Positions 1 to 9,596 of a stretch of DNA of 32,000 nucleotides are shown one piece after another (positions within the stretch are counted from its first letter, which is position 1; the number at the start of each line of letters is the position of its first letter). Under the pieces are notes generated by a model. It had not been told where the DNA came from. It made no database searches and saw only the letters and a list, made by a program, of their open reading frames with translations. The stretch comes from Paracoccus suum. Its GTDB lineage: Bacteria; Pseudomonadota; Alphaproteobacteria; Rhodobacterales; Rhodobacteraceae. The DNA lies in the NCBI RefSeq assembly GCF_003324675.1, contig NZ_CP030918.1:1590001-1622000 (forward strand), written 5' to 3'. The position numbers were made by a program, and so were the translations under genes.

Positions 1-49
1 GGCCGAGAGCGGATATCTGAAGGCGCTGTTCTTTCGGCTGGACGGCTGA
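1..49 (+). CDS. 3' end of an upstream CDS truncated by the window edge; probable partner or antitoxin of the PIN protein
   Basis: The frame with codons from position 2 is open to TGA at 47-49 (..AESGYLKALFFRLDG*) and has GC-rich third positions. Its stop overlaps the ATG of the next gene (ATGA at 47-51), which is typical of coupled toxin-antitoxin pairs. Only 16 codons are visible. Confidence 0.4.
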   Translation, partial: AESGYLKALFFRLDG

Positions 50-588
50 TGCGGGCGGTGCTGGACGCCTGCGTCCTTTACCCCACCGTCCTGCGCGAGA
101 TCCTGCTTGGCTGCGCCTCGCGCGGGCTGATCGAACCCGTCTGGTCGGCCCGCATCCTCGGCGAATGGACCCGCGCCGCCGCCCGCCTCGGACCCGAGGG
201 CGCGCGCGTCTCGGGGGTCGAGGCGGCGCTCGCGCAGGCCGCCTTTCCTGCCGCGATGGCCGCCGATGACGGCAGCCGCGCCATCGGCCTTGACCTGCCG
301 GACCCGGCCGACCGCCATGTGATCGAAGCCGCCCTGGCGCGCGGCGCGCCGCTGATCATCACCGCCAACCTGCGCGATTTCCCGCGCCACGCGCTGGCCG
401 CCGTGGGGCTGGAGTCGCGCCACCCCGACGAGGTGTTGTCCTCGCTCTGGCGTAGCGCGCCGGAATCCGTCACGGCCGCGGTCCACGACGCCCATGCCCG
501 GGCCGAGGCCGCGGGGGGGCCGCTGGAATTGCGCGATATGTTGAAACGCGCGCGCCTGCCCCGGCTGGCGAAACTGCTCCGGGACTGA
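49..588 (+). CDS. PIN-domain protein (VapC-like putative ribonuclease toxin)
   Basis: 179-aa ORF. The N-terminal 'VLDACVLY' carries the first PIN acidic residue. '[25 protein letters not shown]' matches the C-terminal PIN signature (D..h..A......l.T.N..DF). Start is coupled to the upstream stop. Confidence 0.8.
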   Translation: MRAVLDACVLYPTVLREILLGCASRGLIEPVWSARILGEWTRAAARLGPEGARVSGVEAALAQAAFPAAMAADDGSRAIGLDLPDPADRHVIEAALARGAPLIITANLRDFPRHALAAVGLESRHPDEVLSSLWRSAPESVTAAVHDAHARAEAAGGPLELRDMLKRARLPRLAKLLRD

Positions 589-679
589 TGCGGCCCCCGT
601 CCCGATCCGCAGGCGTGCCTTGCCGCTGACACGCCGAGGGCTTATCCGCTGGACCGCCCGCTGTCAGAACGGAGGCAAC

Positions 680-2122
680 ATGGTCTCGCGCGTCATTCCA
701 GTCGATGAGTTCGACCTCGTGATCTTTGGGGCGACCGGCGATCTGGCGCATCGCAAGATCCTGCCGGGACTGTTCCGGCGCTGGCTTGCCGGCCAGATCC
801 CCGAAGGGGCGCGGATCATCGGCGCCGCCCGCACCCAGCAGGATGCCGCCGCCTTTCGGGCCGAGGCGATCGCCGCCATCAAGGAATACAGCGGCACGCC
901 GCCCGATGCAGCCAGCCTCGACAGCTTTGCCGCGCATCTGGATTACATCGCCGTCGATGCCACCGGCGAGACGGGCTGGGACACCCTCGCCAAGACCATG
1001 CGGCCGGGAGTCATCCGGGCATTCTACTTTTCTGTCGCGCCGGCGCTGTTCGGCGCCATTGCTGAGCGTCTGGCGAGCCATGGCATCGCCGATGCGGACA
1101 GCCGGATCGTGGTCGAAAAACCCTTCGGCCGCGATCTGGAAAGCGCCCGGGCGCTGAACGGGACCCTCGCCCAGCACTTTGCCGAGGGGCAGATCTACCG
1201 GATCGACCATTACCTGGGCAAGGAAACGGTCCAGAACCTGATGGCCGTGCGCTTTGCCAACATGCTGTTCGAGCCGCTGTGGAACGCGCAGAACATCGAC
1301 CATGTGCAGATCACGGTGGCCGAGACTGTGGGTGTTGCCGGGCGCGGCAGCTATTACGACCAGTCGGGCGCGATCCGCGACATGGTCCAGAACCACATGA
1401 TGCAGCTGCTTTGCCTGATCGCGATGGAGCCGCCGTGGCATTTCGACCCCGACGCGGTGCGTGATGAAAAGCTGAAAGTGATCCGCGCACTGGCCCCTAT
1501 TGGACCGGAGGACATAGTGCGCGGCCAGTATCGCGGCCCGGCCGAGGACTACCGTGCCGATGCCGAAAACCCGGACAGCCGGACTGAAAGCTTTGTCGCC
1601 CTGAAGGTAGAGATCGCCAACTGGCGCTGGACCGGCACGCCCTTCTATCTGCGCACAGGCAAGCGGCTGCGGGCCCGCACTTCCGAGATCGCGGTGATCT
1701 TCAAGGAGCCGCCGCATTCGATCTTTGACGAGAGCGACCCTCCCGCCAATGCGCTCGTCATAAAACTGCAGCCCAACGAGGGCATGACGCTGCGCGTGAA
1801 CATCAAGGAGCCGGGACCGGGCGGTATGCGCCTCGTGCAGGTGCCCCTCGACATGAGCTTTGCCGAGGCGCTGGGGCCGGACGGGACCGACATGCCGGAC
1901 GCATACGAGCGGCTGATCATGGACGTGATCCGTGGCAACCAGACCCTGTTCATGCGCGGCGACGAGGTCGAGGCCGCCTGGGCCTGGACCGACCCGATCA
2001 TCCGCGCCTGGGACGAGGCCGCCGCCAGTCCCGAGGCTTATGATCCTGGCTCTGGCGGGCCCGAGGAGGCTTCGCGGTTGATGCACCGCGACAACCGCCG
2101 CTGGCGCGAGATCCGCGCCTGA
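680..2122 (+). CDS. zwf: glucose-6-phosphate 1-dehydrogenase
   Basis: Contains 'LVIFGATGDLAHRKILPGLF' (NADP-binding GxxGDLA) and 'RIDHYLGKETVQNLMAVRFAN' (Zwf active-site signature). ATG at 680 is preceded by GGAGG at 671-675. The ORF-track start at 620 lacks an SD. Confidence 0.95.
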   Translation: MVSRVIPVDEFDLVIFGATGDLAHRKILPGLFRRWLAGQIPEGARIIGAARTQQDAAAFRAEAIAAIKEYSGTPPDAASLDSFAAHLDYIAVDATGETGWDTLAKTMRPGVIRAFYFSVAPALFGAIAERLASHGIADADSRIVVEKPFGRDLESARALNGTLAQHFAEGQIYRIDHYLGKETVQNLMAVRFANMLFEPLWNAQNIDHVQITVAETVGVAGRGSYYDQSGAIRDMVQNHMMQLLCLIAMEPPWHFDPDAVRDEKLKVIRALAPIGPEDIVRGQYRGPAEDYRADAENPDSRTESFVALKVEIANWRWTGTPFYLRTGKRLRARTSEIAVIFKEPPHSIFDESDPPANALVIKLQPNEGMTLRVNIKEPGPGGMRLVQVPLDMSFAEALGPDGTDMPDAYERLIMDVIRGNQTLFMRGDEVEAAWAWTDPIIRAWDEAAASPEAYDPGSGGPEEASRLMHRDNRRWREIRA

Positions 2123-2170
2123 CGACTTTGGGCCGCCGCGCCGAACCTGCGGCAAAGAAGGAGCGTGGCT

Positions 2171-2875
2171 ATGTCCTTGGGAGGTGAGATGCGCCAGATC
2201 GATTATCCGGACCGTGCGGAACAGGCCGAGGGTCTGGCGGCGAGCGTTGCCGACACTCTGCGCGCCGGCATCGCGGCGGAGGGCCGGGCCAGCCTCGCCC
2301 TGCCGGGCGGCACAACGCCGGGCCTCTTTCTGGAGGCGCTGGCACGCCAGGAGCTGGATTGGGCGCAGGTCACCGTCTTTCCGGCTGACGAGCGATGGGT
2401 ACCGGCCGATCATCCGCGCAGCAACGCGGCGCTGATCCGCCGCCACCTGCTGCGCGACGAGGCGGTCATGGCAAAGCTGATCGACCTCTACGATGGCGAG
2501 CCGACGCCGCAGGCGGCGGCGCCCGGCCTGAGCGCGCATCTCGCCCCGCACCTGCCGCTGACCGCGCTGGTGGTCGGCATGGGGGACGATCTGCACACCG
2601 CCAGCCTCTTTCCCGGTGCGCCGGGGATCGTGCAGGCATTGTCGCCCGATGCCCCGCCGCTGATGGCGATGGAGGGCCCGGCGCCAGAGCGCGAGCCGCG
2701 CGTGTCCCTGACCCTGCCGGTGCTGCAGGCGGCGGGCGGGGCGCATCTGCTGATCGTCGGCGATTCCAAGCGCGCCGCCCTCGCCCGGGCATTGTCGATG
2801 CCCGAGGGCACCGACCCGGCCGAGGCGCCGATCCTGGGGCTGCTCGAACACCTGACAATCCACTGGGCCCCGTAA
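2171..2875 (+). CDS. pgl: 6-phosphogluconolactonase
   Basis: '[18 protein letters not shown]', 'FPADERWVP' and '[16 protein letters not shown]'-like '[16 protein letters not shown]' motifs. GGAG at 2160-2163 lies 7 nt before ATG 2171. GTG 2165 is too close to the SD. Confidence 0.9.
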   Translation: MSLGGEMRQIDYPDRAEQAEGLAASVADTLRAGIAAEGRASLALPGGTTPGLFLEALARQELDWAQVTVFPADERWVPADHPRSNAALIRRHLLRDEAVMAKLIDLYDGEPTPQAAAPGLSAHLAPHLPLTALVVGMGDDLHTASLFPGAPGIVQALSPDAPPLMAMEGPAPEREPRVSLTLPVLQAAGGAHLLIVGDSKRAALARALSMPEGTDPAEAPILGLLEHLTIHWAP

Positions 2876-4494
2876 TGACGGGCGTCGATCACATCTGGTC
2901 CGACCTCAAGGCCCGCCGGGCGACCCAGGGCGCCCTGCGCATCGAGGATCTGTTCGCGGCGGACCCGAGCCGGGCCGAGGCATTCTCGACTACAGCCGAC
3001 GGCACGCTGCTGGATTGGTCAAAGACCGCGATCGACGCCCCGGCGCGCGATCTGCTGTTGGCGCTGGCGGAGGCCGCGGGCGTGCCCGCCCGGCGCGAGC
3101 AGATGTTCACCGGCGCCCCGATCAACGAGACCGAGGGCCGCGCGGTCCTGCACACCGCGCTGCGCGCGCCCGAGGGTGCGGCCCCGGTCATGGTAGACGG
3201 ACATGACGTGTTGCCGGACGTGCGCCGGACGCTCGCACGGATGCGGAAATTCGCGAATGCCGTGCGCGGCAGCGATTTCACGGTAACCGGCGGTCCGGTG
3301 CGCGACGTGGTCAACATCGGCATCGGCGGCAGCGACCTGGGCCCGGCGATGGCGGCGCGCGCGCTCTCGCCCTATGCGGATGGCCCGCGAGTCCATTTCG
3401 TCAGCAACGTCGATGGCGCGGATATTGCCGACACGCTGGCAAGGCTTGACCCCGCGACGACTCTGGTCGTCGTATCCTCGAAGACTTTCACCACCATCGA
3501 GACGATGACCAATGCCGCGACCGCCCGCGCTTGGCTAGCGGCCGCGGTGCCGGACCCCGCGGCCCATTTCGCCGCCGTCTCGACCGCCGAGGACAAGACC
3601 GCCGATTTCGGCATTCCGCCGGACCGGGTGTTCGGCTTCGCCGACTGGGTCGGGGGGCGCTATTCGATGTGGGGACCCATTGGCCTCTCGCTGATGCTGG
3701 CGATTGGCCCGGATGATTTCGACCAGCTCCTCGCCGGTGGCGCGGCGATGGATACGCATTTCCGCACCGCACCGTTGGCGCAGAACATGCCGGTGATCCT
3801 CGCCCTCGTCGGGCTGTGGCACCACCAGGTCTGCGGTTATCCCACCCGCGCAGTGCTGCCTTACGACCAACGCCTCGGCCGTCTGCCGGCCTATCTGCAG
3901 CAGCTGGAGATGGAGAGTAACGGCAAGAGCGTCGCGATGGACGGAACCCCGCTGGCGCTGCCATCGGGGCCCGTGGTCTGGGGCGAGCCGGGGACGAACG
4001 GGCAGCACGCCTTTTACCAGCTGATCCACCAGGGCACCCAGATCGTCCCGGCCGAGTTCATCCTGCCAGCTCGTGGCCACGAGGCCGCGTTGGACCACCA
4101 TCACCTGCTGCTGGCCGCCAATTGCCTCGCCCAGTCCGAGGCGCTGATGCGCGGCCGCAGCCTCGACGAGGCGCGGGCCCTGATGGCTGCCAGGGGCCTG
4201 ACTGGTGCCGAGCTTGAGCGTCAGGCCCGACACCGGGTGTTCCCGGGCAACCGCCCCTCGACCACGATGCTGATAGAGCGGCTGACGCCGTTCGCCCTTG
4301 GGCAGATCGTCGCGCTTTACGAGCATCGGGTGTTCGTCGAGGGCGTGATCCTGGGGATCAACAGCTTTGACCAGTGGGGGGTCGAACTGGGCAAGCAACT
4401 GGCGCTGCAGGTCGCCCCGCTTCTTGAGGGGCAGCCCGCGCCGGGACACGACCCCTCGACGGTGCGGCTGGCCGCCTGGGTCCGGGACGCCTAG
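2875..4494 (+). CDS. pgi: glucose-6-phosphate isomerase
   Basis: Starts '[16 protein letters not shown]..' at the ATG overlapping the pgl stop (TAATG at 2873-2877). PGI signatures are '[16 protein letters not shown]', '[13 protein letters not shown]' and 'GVELGKQLA'. The upstream part of the 699-aa track ORF is out-of-frame read-through of pgl. Confidence 0.95.
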   Translation: MTGVDHIWSDLKARRATQGALRIEDLFAADPSRAEAFSTTADGTLLDWSKTAIDAPARDLLLALAEAAGVPARREQMFTGAPINETEGRAVLHTALRAPEGAAPVMVDGHDVLPDVRRTLARMRKFANAVRGSDFTVTGGPVRDVVNIGIGGSDLGPAMAARALSPYADGPRVHFVSNVDGADIADTLARLDPATTLVVVSSKTFTTIETMTNAATARAWLAAAVPDPAAHFAAVSTAEDKTADFGIPPDRVFGFADWVGGRYSMWGPIGLSLMLAIGPDDFDQLLAGGAAMDTHFRTAPLAQNMPVILALVGLWHHQVCGYPTRAVLPYDQRLGRLPAYLQQLEMESNGKSVAMDGTPLALPSGPVVWGEPGTNGQHAFYQLIHQGTQIVPAEFILPARGHEAALDHHHLLLAANCLAQSEALMRGRSLDEARALMAARGLTGAELERQARHRVFPGNRPSTTMLIERLTPFALGQIVALYEHRVFVEGVILGINSFDQWGVELGKQLALQVAPLLEGQPAPGHDPSTVRLAAWVRDA

Positions 4495-5696
4495 GCCGCC
4501 TGCCTGCGGCGCTGCATCAGCCAGACCAGTGCCGCGCCGGCGAGCAGCAGGAACGGGACCATCGCCAGATTGACCGCGTTCCAGCCGGCGACGGTGCCGC
4601 CCCCGGTGCAGTTCAGCAGCCCGCCCGAGCCGAGCGACGCGAAGAACACCCCGCCAAACACGAAGGAATCGTTGATGCCCTGGATGCGCTCGCGTCCCTC
4701 GCGCCCTTGGGCACGGGTCAGCATGGCGGTCGCGCCGATATAGCCAAAGTTCCAGCCAAGCCCCAGCAGGACCAGCGTTCCGAAGAAGTTGCCAAGGGTG
4801 ATTCCCGACAGCGCCACCGCGCCGGCCGCGGCGAGGATGACAAGGCCCATCGCCACGATCCGCGGCGCGCCAAAGCGCGCGATCAGGTGGCCAGTGAAGA
4901 AGCTTGGCACATACATCGCCAGCACATGCGATGAGACGACGCCCGCCACGATGTCCGGGGAAAATCCGCAACCGACCATCGCCAGAGGGGTCGAGGTCAT
5001 GACCAGGTTCATCAGCGCATAGCTGACCATGCCGCAGATGATTGCGACCACGATCTGCGGCTGGCGGATCAGCGGTGTGGCCGAGGGTGCACCCGCGGGG
5101 CGCGGGGGCGGCGGCGGCCGGCGCGGAATGTCGAGGAAGGAAAAGATCAGCGGGCCGGCCAGGTTCAGGCCGATCACCGTCGCATAGGTCGCCAGAAACG
5201 GCGTCGCCATCAGCGAGCCGGTCGCGGCGACGATGGCGGGCCCGGTCAGCGCCGAGACAAGGCCGCCGGCCAGCACAAGACTGATCGCCTTTGGCTCGAG
5301 CTCAGGCGGGGCGGTGTCAGTGGCGGCAAAGCGGAAAAACCCCTGCGCCGCCATATAGCAACCGCAGAGGGTCGTGCCGGCCATGAACAGCCCGAAATTG
5401 GCATAGCGCACTCCCAACGTCGCGAGCACCGCGCCGGTGCCGGCGACGGCGCTGGCAAGGGTAAAGCCGGCCCGGCGGCCGTGGCGCGCCATGAAACCGG
5501 CGAGCGGCCGCGCCGAAAGGGTCGAGCCGAGGATCATCATCGACAGCGGCAGTGTCGCAAGGCACGGCGTCCAGGCCAGTTGCTGGCCGACGAGGCCGCC
5601 GGCGATGAACTGGATGGTCATCTGCGCGCCGAGGACGGATTGGGCGAGTACCAGGACCGCGACGTTGCGCCAGGTGCGGCGCGCCTCAGGCGTCAT
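4491..5696 (-). CDS. MFS transporter, substrate unknown
   Basis: 401 aa with about 12 hydrophobic segments split by a central Pro-rich loop ([12 protein letters not shown]). General MFS architecture. The start ATG overlaps the eda stop (ATGA at 5693-5696). Confidence 0.85.
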   Translation of the reverse strand: MTPEARRTWRNVAVLVLAQSVLGAQMTIQFIAGGLVGQQLAWTPCLATLPLSMMILGSTLSARPLAGFMARHGRRAGFTLASAVAGTGAVLATLGVRYANFGLFMAGTTLCGCYMAAQGFFRFAATDTAPPELEPKAISLVLAGGLVSALTGPAIVAATGSLMATPFLATYATVIGLNLAGPLIFSFLDIPRRPPPPPRPAGAPSATPLIRQPQIVVAIICGMVSYALMNLVMTSTPLAMVGCGFSPDIVAGVVSSHVLAMYVPSFFTGHLIARFGAPRIVAMGLVILAAAGAVALSGITLGNFFGTLVLLGLGWNFGYIGATAMLTRAQGREGRERIQGINDSFVFGGVFFASLGSGGLLNCTGGGTVAGWNAVNLAMVPFLLLAGAALVWLMQRRRQAA

Positions 5697-6340
5697 GATT
5701 GGGCAACTAGGGCGGCGGCGGCGCGGGCGCGGGCCTCGATTTCGGCCCAGTTGCCGGCGGCCTGATCGGCCACGGGCGCGATCCAGCTGCCGCCGACGCA
5801 GGCGACGTTTGCCAGCGCCAGATAGCGCGGCGCATTGGCGAGAGTGATGCCGCCGGTCGGGCAGAAACGCGCCGCCGGCAGCGGGCCGCCAAGCCCGGCG
5901 AGGGCGGCCGGCCCGCCGGCAGGCTCGGCCGGAAAGAACTTGAGCATGTCGTAGCCCAGATCGAGCGCTGCCATCACCTCGGACGCGGTTGCGGCGCCGG
6001 GCAGCAGGGGCAGCCCAAGCTCGGTGCAGCCTCGGGCCAGTGCCTCGGTGAGGCCCGGCGAGACGGCAAAGCGCGCCCCGGCATCGAGCGCACGGGCCGC
6101 ATCATCGCGCGTCAGCACGGTGCCCGCCCCGACCTCCGCCCCCGGCACATCGGCCATCGCCCGGATTGCCGCCAGCGCGGCCGGCGTGCGCAGAGTCACC
6201 TCCAGCACCGGCAAGCCCCCGGCAACCAGGGCCGAGGCCAGATCGACCGCGCGCGCGGCATCGTCGATGACCAGGACCGGAATGACAGGGGCGAGGGCGG
6301 CAAGGGCGCGGGTCGCGCGGGACTGATCGGTCGGCGTCAT
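5693..6340 (-). CDS. eda: 2-dehydro-3-deoxyphosphogluconate (KDPG) / 4-hydroxy-2-oxoglutarate aldolase
   Basis: '[10 protein letters not shown]', '[18 protein letters not shown]', 'GAGTVL', 'FAVSPG' and '[10 protein letters not shown]' with 'FCPTGGI' are the Eda-family pattern. ATG at 6340 (MTPTDQS..) is preceded by a GAGGGG SD. The ORF-track start at 6412 has none. Confidence 0.85.
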   Translation of the reverse strand: MTPTDQSRATRALAALAPVIPVLVIDDAARAVDLASALVAGGLPVLEVTLRTPAALAAIRAMADVPGAEVGAGTVLTRDDAARALDAGARFAVSPGLTEALARGCTELGLPLLPGAATASEVMAALDLGYDMLKFFPAEPAGGPAALAGLGGPLPAARFCPTGGITLANAPRYLALANVACVGGSWIAPVADQAAGNWAEIEARARAAAALVAQS

Positions 6341-6611
6341 GCTCGCCCCTCTGACAGGTCGTGTTTGCTGGCGCGAACCTGGCGCCAAAACCTGACTAGT
6401 CGCAAGACCCATGCGAAATTTTCGATGTTACCGGGCGGGATGGCAGCACCGTCGCCACATATCGGACCTCCGCCGAGGGGAACCGCTTGAGGCGGCCGCT
6501 TGCGCTAAGCGGCGTTCTCTCGTCCGCGGCACCTGCACGCGGCGCGGCATGTCGGCGGCCGCACCAAATTCGGGGCGCGCTAAGAGGGCAGTTGGCCTTA
6601 AGCGCCGGCCC

Positions 6612-7301
6612 TTACCCGCCGTAGCTGCGCGCGCCGCCTGTGCTGCGGGTCACGCCTGTGCCACGCGTGGCCGAGCTGCCAAAGCCGCCGCGCTGACGCA
6701 CCTGCGCCGCGCTCATCGGGGCCTTGCCGATCGTCGCGGGGGCGCGGTTGAAGGTCGAGGGCGCGACCTTGCCGGTGCCGCGGTTGCTGGCGAAGCTCTG
6801 ATCGCCATTCGGTGTGGTATATCCGTTCGCGCTGTTGCGGATCATCGGCTGGCTGAACACGCCGCCGCCCCGGCCGAGCATCGAGCCGAGCATGTAGCCC
6901 ATGAAAAGCGGCATGAACGAAAACCCGCCACCCGGCTGCGCCACCGGATCGCCGCCGCAGTTGCCGACCCCGTGCTGCTCCTCGCAGACCGCCTTGCTGT
7001 CGTAGCGGGGGGCCGTCTCCTCCCAGTTCTTCTTGGCGTCGGCGAAGGCCTTGTTGCAGTCGTCGGCCGTAAAGAACAGTGAATCCTTCTTGGCCGCGGC
7101 AAGGCAACTTTCGAGGTCCGGAAACGCCTCGGCATCGACCTTTTTGTCCTCGCAGGCAGCCAGCGTCAGGATGGTTGCGCCAGCCAGCGCCAGCGCCACC
7201 CGGCGCGAGCGCATCCGGCGGGGACGCTCCGGCGCGGCCAAAGCGTCGGGCATCGCATCGTCGGCGGGGCCGCGGGCGGCGATCTTGGTCGGGACGGTCA
7301 T
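6612..7301 (-). CDS. DUF1190-type lipoprotein (YgiB/YjfM-like)
   Basis: Start 'MTVPTKI..' lies 5 nt after the stop of the upstream ligase gene. Lipobox 'LTLAAC'. It has a Cys-containing N-terminal domain, a Gly/Met-rich hydrophobic patch 'GGGFSFMPLFMGYMLGSMLGRGGG' and a Gly/Ser/Arg-rich tail ending in SYGG. It resembles E. coli YgiB/YjfM and sits beside a YgiC/YjfC-like gene, as in E. coli. Confidence 0.75.
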   Translation of the reverse strand: MTVPTKIAARGPADDAMPDALAAPERPRRMRSRRVALALAGATILTLAACEDKKVDAEAFPDLESCLAAAKKDSLFFTADDCNKAFADAKKNWEETAPRYDSKAVCEEQHGVGNCGGDPVAQPGGGFSFMPLFMGYMLGSMLGRGGGVFSQPMIRNSANGYTTPNGDQSFASNRGTGKVAPSTFNRAPATIGKAPMSAAQVRQRGGFGSSATRGTGVTRSTGGARSYGG

Positions 7302-7306
7302 GGCGC

Positions 7307-8536
7307 TCACCCTTCGATGAAATGCGGTTTGAACCGCGACAGGTTCTGCGTGATGCGGCTGCGATCCTCGCGCATCCCCAGGCCAACACAGGCCTCGCCC
7401 ACCATCCATGCCCCGAGGACGGGATGAAAGCCATCGAATGACGGCAGCGGCGCCAGCGCCTGGATGATCATGGGGTGATGCACGTAATCCTGGTCGGGCG
7501 AGGTGTCGGTCGGCTGGCCGCCCTCGACAAAGGTAACTCCGGCCCCTTCGCGCGAAAAGATCGGCTTGCGTACATGGCCGCGTCGCAACGCGCCCTCAGC
7601 GGCGGCAAAGGCCTTGGCGACCTGCGGCGCGGGCGCGCCGCCGGCGAGCGCATCTTCGATATCGGCGGCAAAGAACGCCGGCAGCAGGTTGGGATGGCCC
7701 GGCTCCATCTCCCACAACAGGGGCAGCAGGCCCTTGTTCGACACAAGCGCCTTCCACGGCGGCTCGATGAAGCGGCAGCCCGAGGGGGCGAGGTAGGGCG
7801 CAAAGTCGTCGCGCAGCATGTCCTCCCAGGGGTAGAGCTTGAAGAGGGCGCCGATGACCCGGTCCTCGCTGTCCGCGAACTGGCCCTCCTCGGTGACGCC
7901 GATGGCCGAAAGATCGGTGAAATGCGCGCCGAGCCCGGCCTCGCGCGCGGCCCATGCCAGCGCCTCGACAGTGGCGTAATCCTCGGGGTTTTCCTTGTCG
8001 GCGGCGAAGTGGACGTCAGTGTCGGGGGCCGCGATCTCGGCCCAGCGGTCGACCAGCGCCTCGTGGATCGAGTTGAACTGGTCGGCATCGGGCGGCAGCA
8101 GGCCGGCGGCCCGCGCCTCCTCCAACCAGAGCCACTGGAACGAGGCGGACTCATAAAGGGATGTCGGGGTATCGGCGTTGTATTCCAGCAGCTTCGCATG
8201 GGTCTGGCCGCTGGCGCCCCAGGCGAGGTCGAACCGGCCGTAAAGCTCTGGCTCGCCGGCGCGCCAACTGGCGGCGACAAAGTCGCGCTGCGTCTGTGGA
8301 ATGGCCAGGCGCTCCATCCACTCCTCCGAGGTGATGGCGCGTTCGACCGCGGCGCGGCACAGGGCGTGCAACTCGCCGGCGGGCGCTTCGATGTGCTGCT
8401 CGATCTCCTCCAGCGTAAAGCGGTAAGCGCTCGTCTCGTCCCAATAGGGCTCGCCGCCCATGTCGGCGAAGGTGAAGCCGAGCGTCGCGGCCCGGTCGCG
8501 CCAGCCGGCCCGTTCAGGCAGGGTGATCTTTTGCAT
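7307..8536 (-). CDS. glutathionylspermidine-synthase-family ATP-grasp ligase (YgiC/YjfC-like), no amidase domain
   Basis: 409 aa. 'EPYWDETSAYRFTLEEIE', 'YGRFDLAW', 'KLLEYNADTPTSL', 'IEPPWKALVSNKGLLPLLW' and 'VRKPIFSREGAGV' match the GspS pre-ATP-grasp/ATP-grasp synthetase family. AAGGGA SD precedes ATG 8536. Confidence 0.85.
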   Translation of the reverse strand: MQKITLPERAGWRDRAATLGFTFADMGGEPYWDETSAYRFTLEEIEQHIEAPAGELHALCRAAVERAITSEEWMERLAIPQTQRDFVAASWRAGEPELYGRFDLAWGASGQTHAKLLEYNADTPTSLYESASFQWLWLEEARAAGLLPPDADQFNSIHEALVDRWAEIAAPDTDVHFAADKENPEDYATVEALAWAAREAGLGAHFTDLSAIGVTEEGQFADSEDRVIGALFKLYPWEDMLRDDFAPYLAPSGCRFIEPPWKALVSNKGLLPLLWEMEPGHPNLLPAFFAADIEDALAGGAPAPQVAKAFAAAEGALRRGHVRKPIFSREGAGVTFVEGGQPTDTSPDQDYVHHPMIIQALAPLPSFDGFHPVLGAWMVGEACVGLGMREDRSRITQNLSRFKPHFIEG

Positions 8537-8635
8537 GGCGTTCCCTTACGGCTGTTGTGTCCCGGACATGGCAAGCGGGGTCCGGGGATGCAAGCTCGGG
8601 TGGCCGCAGCCGGCGTCGAACATGCGCGCGCCAGG

Positions 8636-9559
8636 CTACATCGCGGCCGCGATCTGGCCGGCGAGGCGGGCATTGTTCAGTACCAGCGCGATGTTGGCTT
8701 CCAGCGAGCGGCCCTCGGTCAGCTCGAAGATGCGCTGCAGCAGCCATGGCGTCACGGCTTTCGCGGCGATCCCCGCCTCGGCCGCCTCCCGCAGGGCGCG
8801 GGCGATGATCGGGTCGATTTCGGCCCGCGGGATCTCGGCCTCGGGTGGGATCGGGTTGACCACCAGCTGGCCACCTTCGATCCCGAGGCGGGCGCGCATC
8901 CGCGCCGCACCGGCGATTTCGGCCGGGCTGTCCATGCGCAGCGGGGCGGGCAGGCCGCTGTCGCGCGACCAGAAGGCGGGAAACGCGTTCTGGCCATAGG
9001 CGATGACCGGCACCCCACGCGTCTCCAGCACTTCGAGTGTCTTGGGCAGATCCAGGATCGCCTTCGCGCCCGCGGCGACCACCGTGACCGGCGTGCGCGC
9101 CAGTTCCTCAAGGTCGGCGCTGACGTCAAAGCTGGCCTCGGCGCCGCGATGAACGCCGCCAATACCGCCGGTCGCGAAGACCCGGATGCCGGCCAGATTG
9201 GCGCAGATCATGGTCGCGGCGACGGTGGTGGCGCCGGTGCGCCCGCTGGCCAGGGCCACCGCCAGATCGGCGCGCGACAGCTTCATCACCTCGGCCGCGG
9301 GGGTCTGCGCCAGCGCCGTCAGGTCAGCGTCGGGCAGACCGATGCGGATGCGGCCGGCCATGACGGCAATGGTCGCGGGCACGGCGCCGGCCTCGCGCAC
9401 CGCCGCCTCGACGGAACGGGCCATGTCAAGGTTACGCGGCCAGGGCATGCCATGGGTGATGATGGTCGATTCCAACGCAACGACCGGCTGGCCCGCGGCC
9501 CGGGCGGCCGCAACCTCGGGCGACAGGTCGAGAGGCAGGGCGGTCTGGTCGGGCTGCAT
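8636..9559 (-). CDS. psuG: pseudouridine-5'-phosphate glycosidase
   Basis: 'VVALESTIITHGMPWPRN', 'ATIAVMAGRIRIGL', 'ATTVAATMICA' and 'VFATGGIGGVHRG' are highly characteristic of PsuG (IndA family). Confidence 0.9.
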   Translation of the reverse strand: MQPDQTALPLDLSPEVAAARAAGQPVVALESTIITHGMPWPRNLDMARSVEAAVREAGAVPATIAVMAGRIRIGLPDADLTALAQTPAAEVMKLSRADLAVALASGRTGATTVAATMICANLAGIRVFATGGIGGVHRGAEASFDVSADLEELARTPVTVVAAGAKAILDLPKTLEVLETRGVPVIAYGQNAFPAFWSRDSGLPAPLRMDSPAEIAGAARMRARLGIEGGQLVVNPIPPEAEIPRAEIDPIIARALREAAEAGIAAKAVTPWLLQRIFELTEGRSLEANIALVLNNARLAGQIAAAM

Positions 9560-9596
9560 GGGCGGTCCTTGCCGGCGGGAGGGGTGGTCGGTGCCG

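Noticed and set aside
470-2863. 797-aa ORF antisense to zwf and pgl. Similar giant antisense ORFs occur at 7475-9754 (759 aa), 24050-25939 (629 aa), 15152-16954 (600 aa), 16471-18063 (530 aa), 30227-31789 (520 aa) and 3535-4971 (478 aa).
   Set aside because: These are shadow ORFs, expected in GC-rich DNA where AT-rich stop codons are rare. Their translations are Arg/Gly/Ala/Pro-rich low-complexity strings with no recognisable motifs. In every case the opposite strand encodes a protein with unmistakable family signatures.
5091-5125. GGC/GGG-rich near-repeat (cgcgggggcggcggcggccggcgcgg), plus a (CAG)4 run at 29591-29603.
   Set aside because: Both lie in frame within membrane-protein genes. The first encodes the PPPPPRP central loop of the MFS transporter, and the second a Leu run in TM1 of the EamA transporter. 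They are codon-level simple repeats, not independent elements.
6495-6605. GCGCTAAG octamer recurring in non-coding DNA at about 6501, 6578 and 31865, plus hairpins GCCGCTT-GCGCT-AAGCGGC (6495-6513) and GCGCTAAG..CTTAAGCGC (6578-6605) downstream of the DUF1190 gene. Considered as a REP-like repeat family.
   Set aside because: There are only three short copies with no shared flanks. TAA-containing words are simply excluded from coding DNA in this genome, so they concentrate in spacers. The hairpins may be terminators, but they lack U-tracts and I cannot rank them.
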